Shown here: piece by piece, positions 1 to 16,700 of the stretch | How the letters are laid out: each line of letters begins with the position of its first letter | Position numbering within the stretch: position 1 is the stretch's first letter | NCBI GenBank assembly: GCA_964035545.1 | Contig: CAXIUT010000230.1 | Coordinates: 496,001 to 560,000 of the forward strand | Reading direction: 5' to 3' | From: Bugula neritina | Lineage: Eukaryota > Animalia > Bryozoa | DNA length: 64,000 nucleotides | Translations under genes and position numbers: made by a program | Notes under the pieces: model-generated | The model's database searches: none | Told to the model about the DNA's origin: nothing | The model's input: only the letters and a program-made list of their open reading frames with translations

Positions 1-35
1 CACTGAAATATACTGCAAAACACTGAAATACACTG

Positions 36-1744
36 CTACATACTGAAATATACTGCAACATACTGCAACATACTGAAATACACTGTAACATACTGAAATT
101 CACTGCAACATACTACAACATTTTGAAATACACTGCAACACATTGAAATATACTGCAACATACCTAAATATACGGTAATATACCAAAATATACTGTAACA
201 TAATGAAAAATACTGCAACATACTGAAATACACTTCAACACACTGAAAAACACTGCAAAATACTGTAACACACTGAAATATACTGCAAAACACTGAAATA
301 CACTGCTACATACCGAAATATACTGCAACACAGTGCAACATACTGCAACATACTAAAATATACTGCAACATACTGAAATACACTGCAAAATACTGAAATA
401 CACTGTAACATACTGAAATACACTGCAAAATACTCTAACATACTGAAATACACTGCTACATACTGAAATATACTACTACATACTGCAACATTTGGCAACA
501 TACTGAAATATACTGCGACACATTGCAGTATACTGAAACATACTGAAATATGCTGTAGCACACTGAAATACACTGCAACTCACTGAAATATACTGCAACA
601 TACTGAAATACACTGTGACATACTGAAATATACTGCGACGTACTGCACCATACTGAAATACACTGTAACATACTGAAATACACTGCAACACATTGAAATA
701 TACTGCAAAATACTGAAATACACTGCTACATACTGAAATATACTGCAACACACTGCAACATACGGCAACATACTGAAATATACTGCGACACATTGCAATA
801 TATTCTAACATACTGAAATACAGTGCTACATACTGAAATATACTGCAACATACCGAAATACACTGTAACATGTTGAAATATACTGCAACATACCTAAATA
901 TACGGTAATATACCAAAATATACTGTAACACATTGAAAAATACTGCAACATACTGAAATACACTGCAACCTCTGAAAAACACTGCAAAATACTGTAACAC
1001 ACTCAAATATACTGCAAAACACCGAAATACACTGCTACATACTGAAATATACTGCAACACACTGCAACATACTGCAACATACTAAAATATACTGCAACAT
1101 ACTGAAATACACTGCAAAATACTGAAATACACTGTAACATACTGAAATATACTGAAATACACTGGAACATATTGAAATACACTGCAACAAATTGAAGTAT
1201 ACTGCAACATACTGAAATACACTTCAACACACTGAAAAACACTGCAATATACTGTAACATACTGAAATATGCCGTAGCACACTGAAATACACTGCAACTC
1301 ACTGAAATATACTGCAACATACTGAAATACACTGTAACATATTGAAATGTACTGCAACATACTGCAACATACTGAAATACACTGGAACATATTGAAATAC
1401 ACTGCAACAAATTGAAGTATACTGCAACACACTGAAACACACTGAAACACACCGCAAAACACTACAACATACTGAAACATACTGCAACATACTGAAATAC
1501 ACTACTACATACTGAAATATACTGCAACATACTGCACCATACTGAAATACACTGTAACATACTGAAATACACTGCAACATAATACAACATTTTGAAATAC
1601 ACTGCAACACATTGAAATATACTGCAACATACCTAAATATACGGTAATATACCAAAATATACTGTAACATAATGAAATATGCTGTAGCACATTGAAATAC
1701 ACTGCAACTCACTGAAATATACTGCAACATACTGAAACACAGTG
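36..1744. repeat. Representative 1709-bp higher-order repeat unit (type A; 171 monomers minus 1 nt)
   Basis: Identical ORF translations recur at +1709 (36->1745, 5642->7351->9060, 10408->12117->13826, 15845->17554, 20022->21731, 32072->33781, 53445->55154, 57174->58883). Diagnostic variants are TTTGGCAAC, TATTCTAAC and the -1 site CAACCTCTG. The phase of the unit start is arbitrary. Confidence 0.93.
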
Positions 1745-4700
1745 CTACATACTGAAATATACTGCAACATACTGCAACATACTGAAATACACTGTAACAT
1801 ACTGAAATTCACTGCAACATACTACAACATTTTGAAATACACTGCAACACATTGAAATATACTGCAACATACCTAAATATACGGTAATATACCAAAATAT
1901 ACTGTAACATAATGAAAAATACTGCAACATACTGAAATACACTTCAACACACTGAAAAACACTGCAAAATACTGTAACACACTGAAATATACTGCAAAAC
2001 ACTGAAATACACTGCTACATACCGAAATATACTGCAACACAGTGCAACATACTGCAACATACTAAAATATACTGCAACATACTGAAATACACTGCAAAAT
2101 ACTGAAATACACTGTAACATACTGAAATACACTGCAAAATACTCCAACATACTGAAATACACTGCTACATACTGAAATATACTACTACATACTGCAACAT
2201 TTGGCAACATACTGAAATATACTGCGACACATTGCAGTATACTGAAACATACTGAAATATGCTGTAGCACACTGAAATACACTGCAACTCACTGAAATAT
2301 ACTGCAACATACTGAAATACACTGTGACATACTGAAATATACTGCGACATACTGCACCATACTGAAATACACTGTAACATACTGAAATACACTGCAACAC
2401 ATTGAAATATACTGCAAAATACTGAAATACACTGCTACATACTGAAATATACTGCAACACACTGCAACATACGGCAACATACTGAAATATACTGCGACAC
2501 ATTGCAATATATTCTAACATACTGAAATACAGTGCTACATACTGAAATATACTGCAACATACCGAAATACACTGTAACATGTTGAAGTATACTGCAACAT
2601 ACCTAAATACACGGTAATATACCAAAATATACTGTAACACATTGAAAAATACTGCAACATACTGAAATACACTGCAACCTCTGAAAAACACTGCAAAATA
2701 CTGTAACACACTCAAATATACTGCAAAACACCGAAATACACTGCTACATACTGAAATATACTGCAACACACTGCAACATACTGCAACATACTAAAATATA
2801 CTGCAACATACTGAAATACACTGCAAAATACTGAAATACACTGTAACATACTGAAATATACTGAAATACACTGGAACATATTGAAATACACTGCAACAAA
2901 TTGAAGTATACTGCAACATACTGAAATACACTTCAACACACTGAAAAACACTGCAATATACTGTAACATACTGAAATATGCCGTAGCACACTGAAATACA
3001 CTGCAACTCACTGAAATATACTGCAACATACTGAAATACACTGTAACATATTGAAATATACTGCAACATACTGCAACATACTGAATTACACTGTAACATA
3101 CTGAAATTCACTGCAACATACTACAACATTTTGAAATACACTGCAACACATTGAAATATACTGCAACATACCTAAATATACGGTAATATACCAAAATATA
3201 CTGTAACATAATGAAAAATACTGCAACATACTGAAATACACTTCAACACACTGAAAAACACTGCAAAATACTGTAACACACTGAAATATTCTGCAAAACA
3301 CTGAAATACACTGCTACATACTGAAATATACTGCAACACAGTGCAACATACTGCAACATACTGAAATACACTGCAACATACTACAACATACTGAAATACG
3401 CTGTAATACATTGAAATACACTGCAACACATTGAAATATACTGTAACTCGCTGAAACATACTGTAACTCACTGAAATATAGTGTAATATACGGAAATGTA
3501 CTGTAAAATACTGGAATATACTGTAACACACTGAAATATACTGCAACATAATGAAATACACTGTAACATACTGAAATACACTGCAACATCCCGCAACATA
3601 TTGAAATACACTGCAGCACACTGCAACATACTGCAACATACTAAAATATACTGCAACATCTTGAAATACACTGCAAAATACTGAAATATACTGCAACATA
3701 CTGCAACATACTAAAATACACTGTAACATATTGAAATACACTGCAACACATTGAAATATACGGCAAAATACTGAAATACACTGCTACATACTGAAATATA
3801 CTGCAACACACTGCAACATACTGCAACATACTAAAATTTACTGCAACATACTGAAATACACTGCAAAATACTGAAATACACTGTAACATACTGGAATATA
3901 CTGCGACACATTGCAATATACTGTAACATACTGAAATATGCTGTAGCACATTGAAATACACTGCAACTCACTGAAATATACTGCAACATACTGAAATACA
4001 CTGTAACATATTGAAATACACTGCAACATACTGAAATACAGTGCTACATACTGAAATATACTGCAACATACTGCAACATACTGAAATACACTGTAACAAA
4101 CTGAAATACACTGCAACATACTACAACATTTTGAAACACACTGCAACACATTGAAATATACTGCAACATTCCTAAATATACGGTAATTTACCAAAATATA
4201 CTGTAAAACATTGACAAATACTGCAACATACTGAAATACACTGCATTACACTGAAAAACACTGCAAAATACTGTAACACACTGAAATATACTGCAAAACA
4301 CTGAAATACACTGCTACATACTGAAATCTACTGCAACACAGTGCAACATACTGCAACATACTAAAATATACTGCAACATACTGAAATACACTGCAGAATA
4401 CTGATATACACTGTAACATACTGAAATACACTGCAAAATACTACAACATTTTGAAATACACTGCAATACATTGAAATATACTGCAACATACTTAAATATA
4501 CGGTAATATACTGAAATATACTGTAACACATTGAAAAATACTACAAAATACTGAAATACACTGCAACATACTACAACATACTGAAATACGCTGTAATACA
4601 TTGAATATACTGCAACATACCTAAATATGCGGTAATATACTGAAATAAACTAGAACACATTAAAAATACTGCAACATACTGAAATACACTGCAACACACC

Positions 4701-7700
4701 GAAATATACTGCAAAATAAAACAACATACTGAAATACACTGTAACATATTGAAATACACTGTAACACATTGAAATATACTGCAACATACCGAGATATATT
4801 GTAAACTACTGAAATATACTGTAACACATTGAAAAATACTGCAACATACTGAAATTTACTGCGACACATTGCAATATACTGTAACATACTGAAATATGCT
4901 GTAGCACACTGAAATACACTGCAACTCACTGAAATATACTGCAACATACTGAAATACACTGTAACATATTGAAATATACTGCAACATACTGCACCATACT
5001 GAAATACACTGGAACATATTGAAATACACTGCAACAAATTGGAGTATACTGCAACACACTGAAACACACTGAAATACACCGCAAAACACTACAAAATACT
5101 GAAACATACTGCAACATACTGAAATACACTACTACATACTGAAATATACTGCAACATACTGCACCATACTGAAATACACTGTAACATACTGAAATACACT
5201 GCAACATAATACAACATTTTGAAATACACTGCAACACATTGAAATATACTGCAACATACCTAAATATACGGTAATATACCAAAATATACTGTAACATAAT
5301 GAAATATGCTGTAGCACATTGAAATACACTGCAACTCACTGAAATATACTGCAACATACTGAAACACAGTGCTACATACTGAAATATACTGCAACATACT
5401 GCAACATACTGAAATACACTGTAACATACTGAAATTCACTGCAACATACTACAACATTTTGAAATACACTGCAACACATTGAAATATACTGCAACATACC
5501 TAAATATACGGTAATATACCAAAATATACTGTAACATAATGAAAAATACTGCAACATACTGAAATACACTTCAACACACTGAAAAACACTGCAAAATACT
5601 GTAACACACTGAAATATACTGCAAAACACTGAAATACACTGCTACATACTGAAATATACTGCAACATACTGCAACATACTGAAATACACTGTAACATACT
5701 GAAATTCACTGCAACATACTACAACATTTTGAAATACACTGCAACACATTGAAATATACTGCAACATACCTAAATATACGGTAATATACCAAAATATACT
5801 GTAACATAATGAAAAATACTGCAACATACTGAAATACACTTCAACACACTGAAAAACACTGCAAAATACTGTAACACACTGAAATATACTGCAAAACACT
5901 GAAATACACTGCTACATACCGAAATATACTGCAACACAGTGCAACATACTGCAACATACTAAAATATACTGCAACATACTGAAATACACTGCAAAATACT
6001 GAAATACACTGTAACATACTGAAATACACTGCAAAATACTCTAACATACTGAAATACACTGCTACATACTGAAATATACTACTACATACTGCAACATTTG
6101 GCAACATACTGAAATATACTGCGACACATTGCAGTATACTGAAACATACTGAAATATGCTGTAGCACACTGAAATACACTGCAACTCACTGAAATATACT
6201 GCAACATACTGAAATACACTGTGACATACTGAAATATACTGCGACGTACTGCACCATACTGAAATACACTGTAACATACTGAAATACACTGCAACACATT
6301 GAAATATACTGCAAAATACTGAAATACACTGCTACATACTGAAATATACTGCAACACACTGCAACATACGGCAACATACTGAAATATACTGCGACACATT
6401 GCAATATATTCTAACATACTGAAATACAGTGCTACATACTGAAATATACTGCAACATACCGAAATACACTGTAACATGTTGAAATATACTGCAACATACC
6501 TAAATATACGGTAATATACCAAAATATACTGTAACACATTGAAAAATACTGCAACATACTGAAATACACTGCAACCTCTGAAAAACACTGCAAAATACTG
6601 TAACACACTCAAATATACTGCAAAACACCGAAATACACTGCTACATACTGAAATATACTGCAACACACTGCAACATACTGCAACATACTAAAATATACTG
6701 CAACATACTGAAATACACTGCAAAATACTGAAATACACTGTAACATACTGAAATATACTGAAATACACTGGAACATATTGAAATACACTGCAACAAATTG
6801 AAGTATACTGCAACATACTGAAATACACTTCAACACACTGAAAAACACTGCAATATACTGTAACATACTGAAATATGCCGTAGCACACTGAAATACACTG
6901 CAACTCACTGAAATATACTGCAACATACTGAAATACACTGTAACATATTGAAATGTACTGCAACATACTGCAACATACTGAAATACACTGGAACATATTG
7001 AAATACACTGCAACAAATTGAAGTATACTGCAACACACTGAAACACACTGAAACACACCGCAAAACACTACAACATACTGAAACATACTGCAACATACTG
7101 AAATACACTACTACATACTGAAATATACTGCAACATACTGCACCATACTGAAATACACTGTAACATACTGAAATACACTGCAACATAATACAACATTTTG
7201 AAATACACTGCAACACATTGAAATATACTGCAACATACCTAAATATACGGTAATATACCAAAATATACTGTAACATAATGAAATATGCTGTAGCGCATTG
7301 AAATACACTGCAACTCACTGAAATATACTGCAACATACTGAAACACAGTGCTACATACTGAAATATACTGCAACATACTGCAACATACTGAAATACACTG
7401 TAACATACTGAAATTCACTGCAACATACTACAACATTTTGAAATACACTGCAACACATTGAAATATACTGCAACATACCTAAATATACGGTAATATACCA
7501 AAATATACTGTAACATAATGAAAAATACTGCAACATACTGAAATACACTTCAACACACTGAAAAACACTGCAAAATACTGTAACACACTGAAATATACTG
7601 CAAAACACTGAAATACACTGCTACATACCGAAATATACTGCAACACAGTGCAACATACTGCAACATACTAAAATATACTGCAACATACTGAAATACACTG

Positions 7701-10700
7701 CAAAATACTGAAATACACTGTAACATACTGAAATACACTGCAAAATACTCCAACATACTGAAATACACTGCTACATACTGAAATATACTACTACATACTG
7801 CAACATTTGGCAACATACTGAAATATACTGCGACACATTGCAGTATACTGAAACATACTGAAATATGCTGTAGCACACTGAAATACACTGCAACTCACTG
7901 AAATATACTGCAACATACTGAAATACACTGTGACATACTGAAATATACTGCGACATACTGCACCATACTGAAATACACTGTAACATACTGAAATACACTG
8001 CAACACATTGAAATATACTGCAAAATACTGAAATACACTGCTACATACTGAAATATACTGCAACACACTGCAACATACGGCAACATACTGAAATATACTG
8101 CGACACATTGCAATATATTCTAACATACTGAAATACAGTGCTACATACTGAAATATACTGCAACATACCGAAATACACTGTAACATGTTGAAGTATACTG
8201 CAACATACCTAAATACACGGTAATATACCAAAATATACTGTAACACATTGAAAAATACTGCAACATACTGAAATACACTGCAACCTCTGAAAAACACTGC
8301 AAAATACTGTAACACACTCAAATATACTGCAAAACACCGAAATACACTGCTACATACTGAAATATACTGCAACACACTGCAACATACTGCAACATACTAA
8401 AATATACTGCAACATACTGAAATACACTGCAAAATACTGAAATACACTGTAACATACTGAAATATACTGAAATACACTGGAACATATTGAAATACACTGC
8501 AACAAATTGAAGTATACTGCAACATACTGAAATACACTTCAACACACTGAAAAACACTGCAATATACTGTAACATACTGAAATATGCCGTAGCACACTGA
8601 AATACACTGCAACTCACTGAAATATACTGCAACATACTGAAATACACTGTAACATATTGAAATGTACTGCAACATACTGCAACATACTGAAATACACTGG
8701 AACATATTGAAATACACTGCAACAAATTGAAGTATACTGCAACACACTGAAACACACTGAAATACACCGCAAAACACTACAACATACTGAAACATACTGC
8801 AACATACTGAAATACACTACTACATACTGAAATATACTGCAACATACTGCACCATACTGAAATACACTGTAACATACTGAAATACACTGCAACATAATAC
8901 AACATTTTGAAATACCCTGCAACACATTGAAATATACTGCAACATACCTAAATATACGGTAATATACCAAAATATACTGTAACATAATGAAATATGCTGT
9001 AGCACATTGAAATACACTGCAACTCACTGAAATATACTGCAACATACTGAAACACAGTGCTACATACTGAAATATACTGCAACATACTGCAACATAATGA
9101 AATACACTGTAACATACTGAAATTCACTGCAACATACTACAACATTTTGAAATACACTGCAACACATTGAAATGTACTGCAACATAACTAAATATACGGT
9201 AATATACCAAAATATACTGTAACATAATGAAAAATACTGCAACATACTGAAATACACTTCAACACACTGAAAAACACTGCAAAATACTGTAACACACTGA
9301 AATATACTGCAAAACACTGAAATACACTGCTACATACCGAAATATACTGCAACACAGTGCAACATACTGCAACATACTAAAATATACTGCAACATACTGA
9401 AATACACTGCAAAATACTGAAATACACTGTAACATACTGAAATACACTGCAAAAAACTCCAACATACTGAAATACACTGCTACATACTGAAATATACTAC
9501 TACATACTGCAACATTTGGCAACATACTGAAATATACTGTAACACATTGAAAAATACTACAAAATACTGAAATACACTGCAACATACTACAACATACTGA
9601 AATACGCTGTAATACATTGAATATACTGCAACATACCTAAATATGCGGTAATATACTGAAATAAACTAGAACACATTGAAAATACTGCAACATACTGAAA
9701 TACACTGCAACACACCGAAATATACTGCAAAATAAAACAACATACTGAAATACACTGTAACATATTGAAATACACTGTAACACATTGAAATATACTGCAA
9801 CATACCGAGATATATTGTAAACTACTGAAATATACTGTAACACATTGAAAAATACTGCAACATACTGAAATTTACTGCGACACATTGCAATATACTGTAA
9901 CATACTGAAATATGCTGTAGCACACTGAAATACACTGCAACTCACTGAAATATACTGCAACATACTGAAATACACTGTAACATATTGAAATATACTGCAA
10001 CATACTGCACCATACTGAAATACACTGGAACATATTGAAATACACTGCAACAAATTGGAGTATACTGCAACACACTGAAACACACTGAAATACACCGCAA
10101 AACACTACAAAATACTGAAACATACTGCAACATACTGAAATACACTACTACATACTGAAATATACTGCAACATACTGAAATACACTGTAACATACTGAAA
10201 TTCACTGCAACATACTACAACATTTTGAAATACACTGCAACACATTGAAATATACTGCAACATACCTAAATATACGGTAATATACCAAAATATACTGTAA
10301 CATAATGAAAAATACTGCAACATACTGAAATACACTTCAACACACTGAAAAACACTGCAAAATACTGTAACACACTGAAATATACTGCAAAACACTGAAA
10401 TACACTGCTACATACTGAAATATACTGCAACATACTGCAACATACTGAAATACACTGTAACATACTGAAATTCACTGCAACATACTACAACATTTTGAAA
10501 TACACTGCAACACATTGAAATATACTGCAACATACCTAAATATACGGTAATATACCAAAATATACTGTAACATAATGAAAAATACTGCAACATACTGAAA
10601 TACACTTCAACACACTGAAAAACACTGCAAAATACTGTAACACACTGAAATATACTGCAAAACACTGAAATACACTGCTACATACCGAAATATACTGCAA

Positions 10701-13700
10701 CACAGTGCAACATACTGCAACATACTAAAATATACTGCAACATACTGAAATACACTGCAAAATACTGAAATACACTGTAACATACTGAAATACACTGCAA
10801 AATACTCCAACATACTGAAATACACTGCTACATACTGAAATATACTACTACATACTGCAACATTTGGCAACATACTGAAATATACTGCGACACATTGCAG
10901 TATACTGAAACATACTGAAATATGCTGTAGCACACTGAAATACACTGCAACTCACTGAAATATACTGCAACATACTGAAATACACTGTGACATACTGAAA
11001 TATACTGCGACGTACTGCACCATACTGAAATACACTGTAACATACTGAAATACACTGCAACACATTGAAATATACTGCAAAATACTGAAATACACTGCTA
11101 CATACTGAAATATACTGCAACACACTGCAACATACGGCAACATACTGAAATATACTGCGACACATTGCAATATATTCTAACATACTGAAATACAGTGCTA
11201 CATACTGAAATATACTGCAACATACCGAAATACACTGTAACATGTTGAAATATACTGCAACATACCTAAATATACGGTAATATACCAAAATATACTGTAA
11301 CACATTGAAAAATACTGCAACATACTGAAATACACTGCAACCTCTGAAAAACACTGCAAAATACTGTAACACACTCAAATATACTGCAAAACACCGAAAT
11401 ACACTGCTACATACTGAAATATACTGCAACACACTGCAACATACTGCAACATACTAAAATATACTGCAACATACTGAAATACACTGCAAAATACTGAAAT
11501 ACACTGTAACATACTGAAATATACTGAAATACACTGGAACATATTGAAATACACTGCAACAAATTGAAGTATACTGCAACATACTGAAATACACTTCAAC
11601 ACACTGAAAAACACTGCAATATACTGTAACATACTGAAATATGCCGTAGCACACTGAAATACACTGCAACTCACTGAAATATACTGCAACATACTGAAAT
11701 ACACTGTAACATATTGAAATGTACTGCAACATACTGCAACATACTGAAATACACTGGAACATATTGAAATACACTGCAACAAATTGAAGTATACTGCAAC
11801 ACACTGAAACACACTGAAATACACCGCAAAACACTACAACATACTGAAACATACTGCAACATACTGAAATACACTACTACATACTGAAATATACTGCAAC
11901 ATACTGCACCATACTGAAATACACTGTAACATACTGAAATACACTGCAACATAATACAACATTTTGAAATACACTGCAACACATTGAAATATACTGCAAC
12001 ATACCTAAATATACGGTAATATACCAAAATATACTGTAACATAATGAAATATGCTGTAGCACATTGAAATACACTGCAACTCACTGAAATATACTGCAAC
12101 ATACTGAAACACAGTGCTACATACTGAAATATACTGCAACATACTGCAACATACTGAAATACACTGTAACATACTGAAATTCACTGCAACATACTACAAC
12201 ATTTTGAAATACACTGCAACACATTGAAATATACTGCAACATACCTAAATATACGGTAATATACCAAAATATACTGTAACATAATGAAAAATACTGCAAC
12301 ATACTGAAATACACTTCAACACACTGAAAAACACTGCAAAATACTGTAACACACTGAAATATACTGCAAAACACTGAAATACACTGCTACATACCGAAAT
12401 ATACTGCAACACAGTGCAACATACTGCAACATACTAAAATATACTGCAACATACTGAAATACACTGCAAAATACTGAAATACACTGTAACATACTGAAAT
12501 ACACTGCAAAATACTCCAACATACTGAAATACACTGCTACATACTGAAATATACTACTACATACTGCAACATTTGGCAACATACTGAAATATACTGCGAC
12601 ACATTGCAGTATACTGAAACATACTGAAATATGCTGTAGCACACTGAAATACACTGCAACTCACTGAAATATACTGCAACATACTGAAATGCACTGTGAC
12701 ATACTGAAATATACTGCGACATACTGCACCATACTGAAATACACTGTAACATACTGAAATACACTGCAACACATTGAAATATACTGCAAAATACTGAAAT
12801 ACACTGCTACATACTGAAATATACTGCAACACACTGCAACATACGGCAACATACTGAAATATACTGCGACACATTGCAATATATTCTAACATACTGAAAT
12901 ACAGTGCTACATACTGAAATATACTGCAACATACCGAAATACACTGTAACATGTTGAAGTATACTGCAACATACCTAAATACACGGTAATATACCAAAAT
13001 ATACTGTAACACATTGAAAAATACTGCAACATACTGAAATACACTGCAACCTCTGAAAAACACTGCAAAATACTGTAACACACTCAAATATACTGCAAAA
13101 CACCGAAATACACTGCTACATACTGAAATATACTGCAACACACTGCAACATACTGCAACATACTAAAATATACTGCAACATACTGAAATACACTGCAAAA
13201 TACTGAAATACACTGTAACATACTGAAATATACTGAAATACACTGGAACATATTGAAATACACTGCAACAAATTGAAGTATACTGCAACATACTGAAATA
13301 CACTTCAACACACTGAAAAACACTGCAATATACTGTAACATACTGAAATATGCCGTAGCACACTGAAATACACTGCAACTCACTGAAATATACTGCAACA
13401 TACTGAAATACACTGTAACATATTGAAATGTACTGCAACATACTGCAACATACTGAAATACACTGGAACATATTGAAATACACTGCAACAAATTGAAGTA
13501 TACTGCAACACACTGAAACACACTGAAATACACCGCAAAACACCACAACATACTGAAACATACTGCAACATACTGAAATACACTACTACATACTGAAATA
13601 TACTGCAACATACTGCACCATACTGAAATACACTGTAACATACTGAAATACACTGCAACATAATACAACATTTTGAAATACCCTGCAACACATTGAAATA

Positions 13701-16700
13701 TACTGCAACATACCTAAATATACGGTAATATACCAAAATATACTGTAACATAATGAAATATGCTGTAGCACATTGAAATACACTGCAACTCACTGAAATA
13801 TACTGCAACATACTGAAACACAGTGCTACATACTGAAATATACTGCAACATACTGCAACATAATGAAATACACTGTAACATACTGAAATTCACTGCAACA
13901 TACTACAACATTTTGAAATACACTGCAACACATTGAAATATACTGCAACATAACTAAATATACGGTAATATACCAAAATATACTGTAACATAATGAAAAA
14001 TACTGCAACATACTGAAATACACTTCAACACACTGAAAAACACTGCAAAATACTGTAACACACTGAAATATACTGCAAAACACTGAAATACACTGCTACA
14101 TACTGAAATATACTGCAACACAGTGCAACATACTGCAACATACTAAAATATACTGCAACATACTGAAATACACTGCAAAATACTGAAATACACTGTAACA
14201 TACTGAAATACACTGCAAAAAACTCCAACATACTGAAATACACTGCTACATACTGAAATATACTACTACATACTGCAACATTTGGCAACATACTGAAATA
14301 TACTGCGACACATTGCAGTATACTGAAACATACTGAAATATGCTGTAGCACACTGAAATACACTGCAACTCACTGAAATATACTGCAACATACTGAAATA
14401 CACTGTGACATACTGAAATATACTGCGACGTACTGCACCATACTGAAATACACTGTAACATACTGAAATACACTGCAACACATTGAAATATACTGCAAAA
14501 TACTGAAATACACTGCTACATACTGAAATATACTGCAACATACTGAAACACAGTGCTACATACAGAAATACACTGCAACATACTGCAACATACTGAAATA
14601 CACTGTAACATACTGAAATTCACTGCAACATACTACAACATTTTGAAATACACTGCAACACATTGAAATATACTGCAACATACCTAAATATACGGTAATA
14701 TACCAAAATATACTGTAACATAATGAAAAATACTGCAACATACTGAAATACACTTCAACACACTGAAAAACACTGCAAAATACTGTAACACACTGAAATA
14801 TACTGCAAAACACTGAAATACACTGCTACATACCGAAATATACTGCAACACAGTGCAACATACTGCAACATACTAAAATATACTGCAACATACTGAAATA
14901 CACTGCAAAATACTGAAATACACTGTAACATACTGAAATACACTGCAAAATACTCCAACATACTGAAATACGCTGCTACATACTGAAATATACTACTACA
15001 TACTGCAACATTTGGCAACATACTGAAATATACTGCGACACATTGCAGTATACTGAAACATACTGAAATATGCTGTAGCACACTGAAATACACTGCAACT
15101 CACTGAAATATACTGCAACATACTGAAATACACTGTGACATACTGAAATATACTGCGACGTACTGCACCATACTGAAATACACTGTAACATACTGAAATA
15201 CACTGCAACACATTGAAACATACTGCAAAATACTGAAATACACTGCTACATACTGAAATATACTGCAACACACTGCAACATACGGCAACATACTGAAATA
15301 TACTGCGACACATTGCAATATATGCTAACATACTGAAATACAGTGCTACATACTGAAATATACTGCAACATACCGAAATACACTGTAACATGTTGAAATA
15401 TACTGCAACATACCTAAATATACGGTAATATACCAAAATATACTGTAACACATTGAAAAATACTGCAACATACTGAAATACACTGCAACCTCTGAAAAAC
15501 ACTGCAAAATACTGTAACACACTCAAATATACTGCAAAACACCGAAATACACTGCTACATACTGAAATATACTGCAACACACTGCAACATACTGCAACAT
15601 ACTAAAATATACTGCAACATACTGAAATACACTGCAAAATACTGAAATACACTGTAACATACTGAAATATACTGAAATACACTGGAACATATTGAAATAC
15701 ACTGCAACAAATTGAAGTATACTGCAACATACCTAAATATACGGTAATATACCAAAATATACTGTAACATAATGAAATATGCTGTAGCACATTGAAATAC
15801 ACTGCAACTCACTGAAATATACTGCAACATACTGAAACACAGTGCTACATACTGAAATACACTGCAACATACTGCAACATACTGAAATACACTGTAACAT
15901 ACTGAAATTCACTGCAACATACTACAACATTTTGAAATACACTGCAACACATTGAAATATACTGCAACATACCTAAATATACGGTAATATACCAAAATAT
16001 ACTGTAACATAATGAAAAATAGTGCAACATACTGAAATACACTTCAACACACTGAAAAACACTGCAAAATACTGTAACACACTGAAATATACTGCAAAAC
16101 ACTGAAATACACTGCTACATACCGAAATATACTGCAACACAGTGCAACATACTGCAACATACTAAAATATACTGCAACATACTGAAATACACTCCAAAAT
16201 ACTGAAATACACTGTAACATACTGAAATACACTGCAAAATACTCCAACATACTGAAATACACTGCTACATACTGAAATATACTACTACATACTGCAACAT
16301 TTGGCAACATACTGAAATATACTGCGACACATTGCAGTATACTGAAACATACTGAAATATGCTGTAGCACACTGAAATACACTGCAACTCACTGAAATAT
16401 ACTGCAACATACTGAAATACACTGTGACATACTGAAATATACTGCGACGTACTGCACCATACTGAAATACACTGTAACATACTGAAATACACTGCAACAC
16501 ATTGAAACATACTGCAAAATAGTGAAATACACTGCTACATACTGAAATATACTGCAACACACTGCAACATACGGCAACATACTGAAATATACTGCGACAC
16601 ATTGCAATATATTCTAACATACTGAAATACAGTGCTACATACTGAAATATACTGCAACATACCGAAATACACTGTAACATGTTGAAATATACTGCAACAT

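Noticed and set aside
36-1744. Link between the 171 monomers per HOR and 171-bp alpha satellite
   Set aside because: Numerical coincidence. The units differ and no sequence resemblance or CENP-B box was seen.
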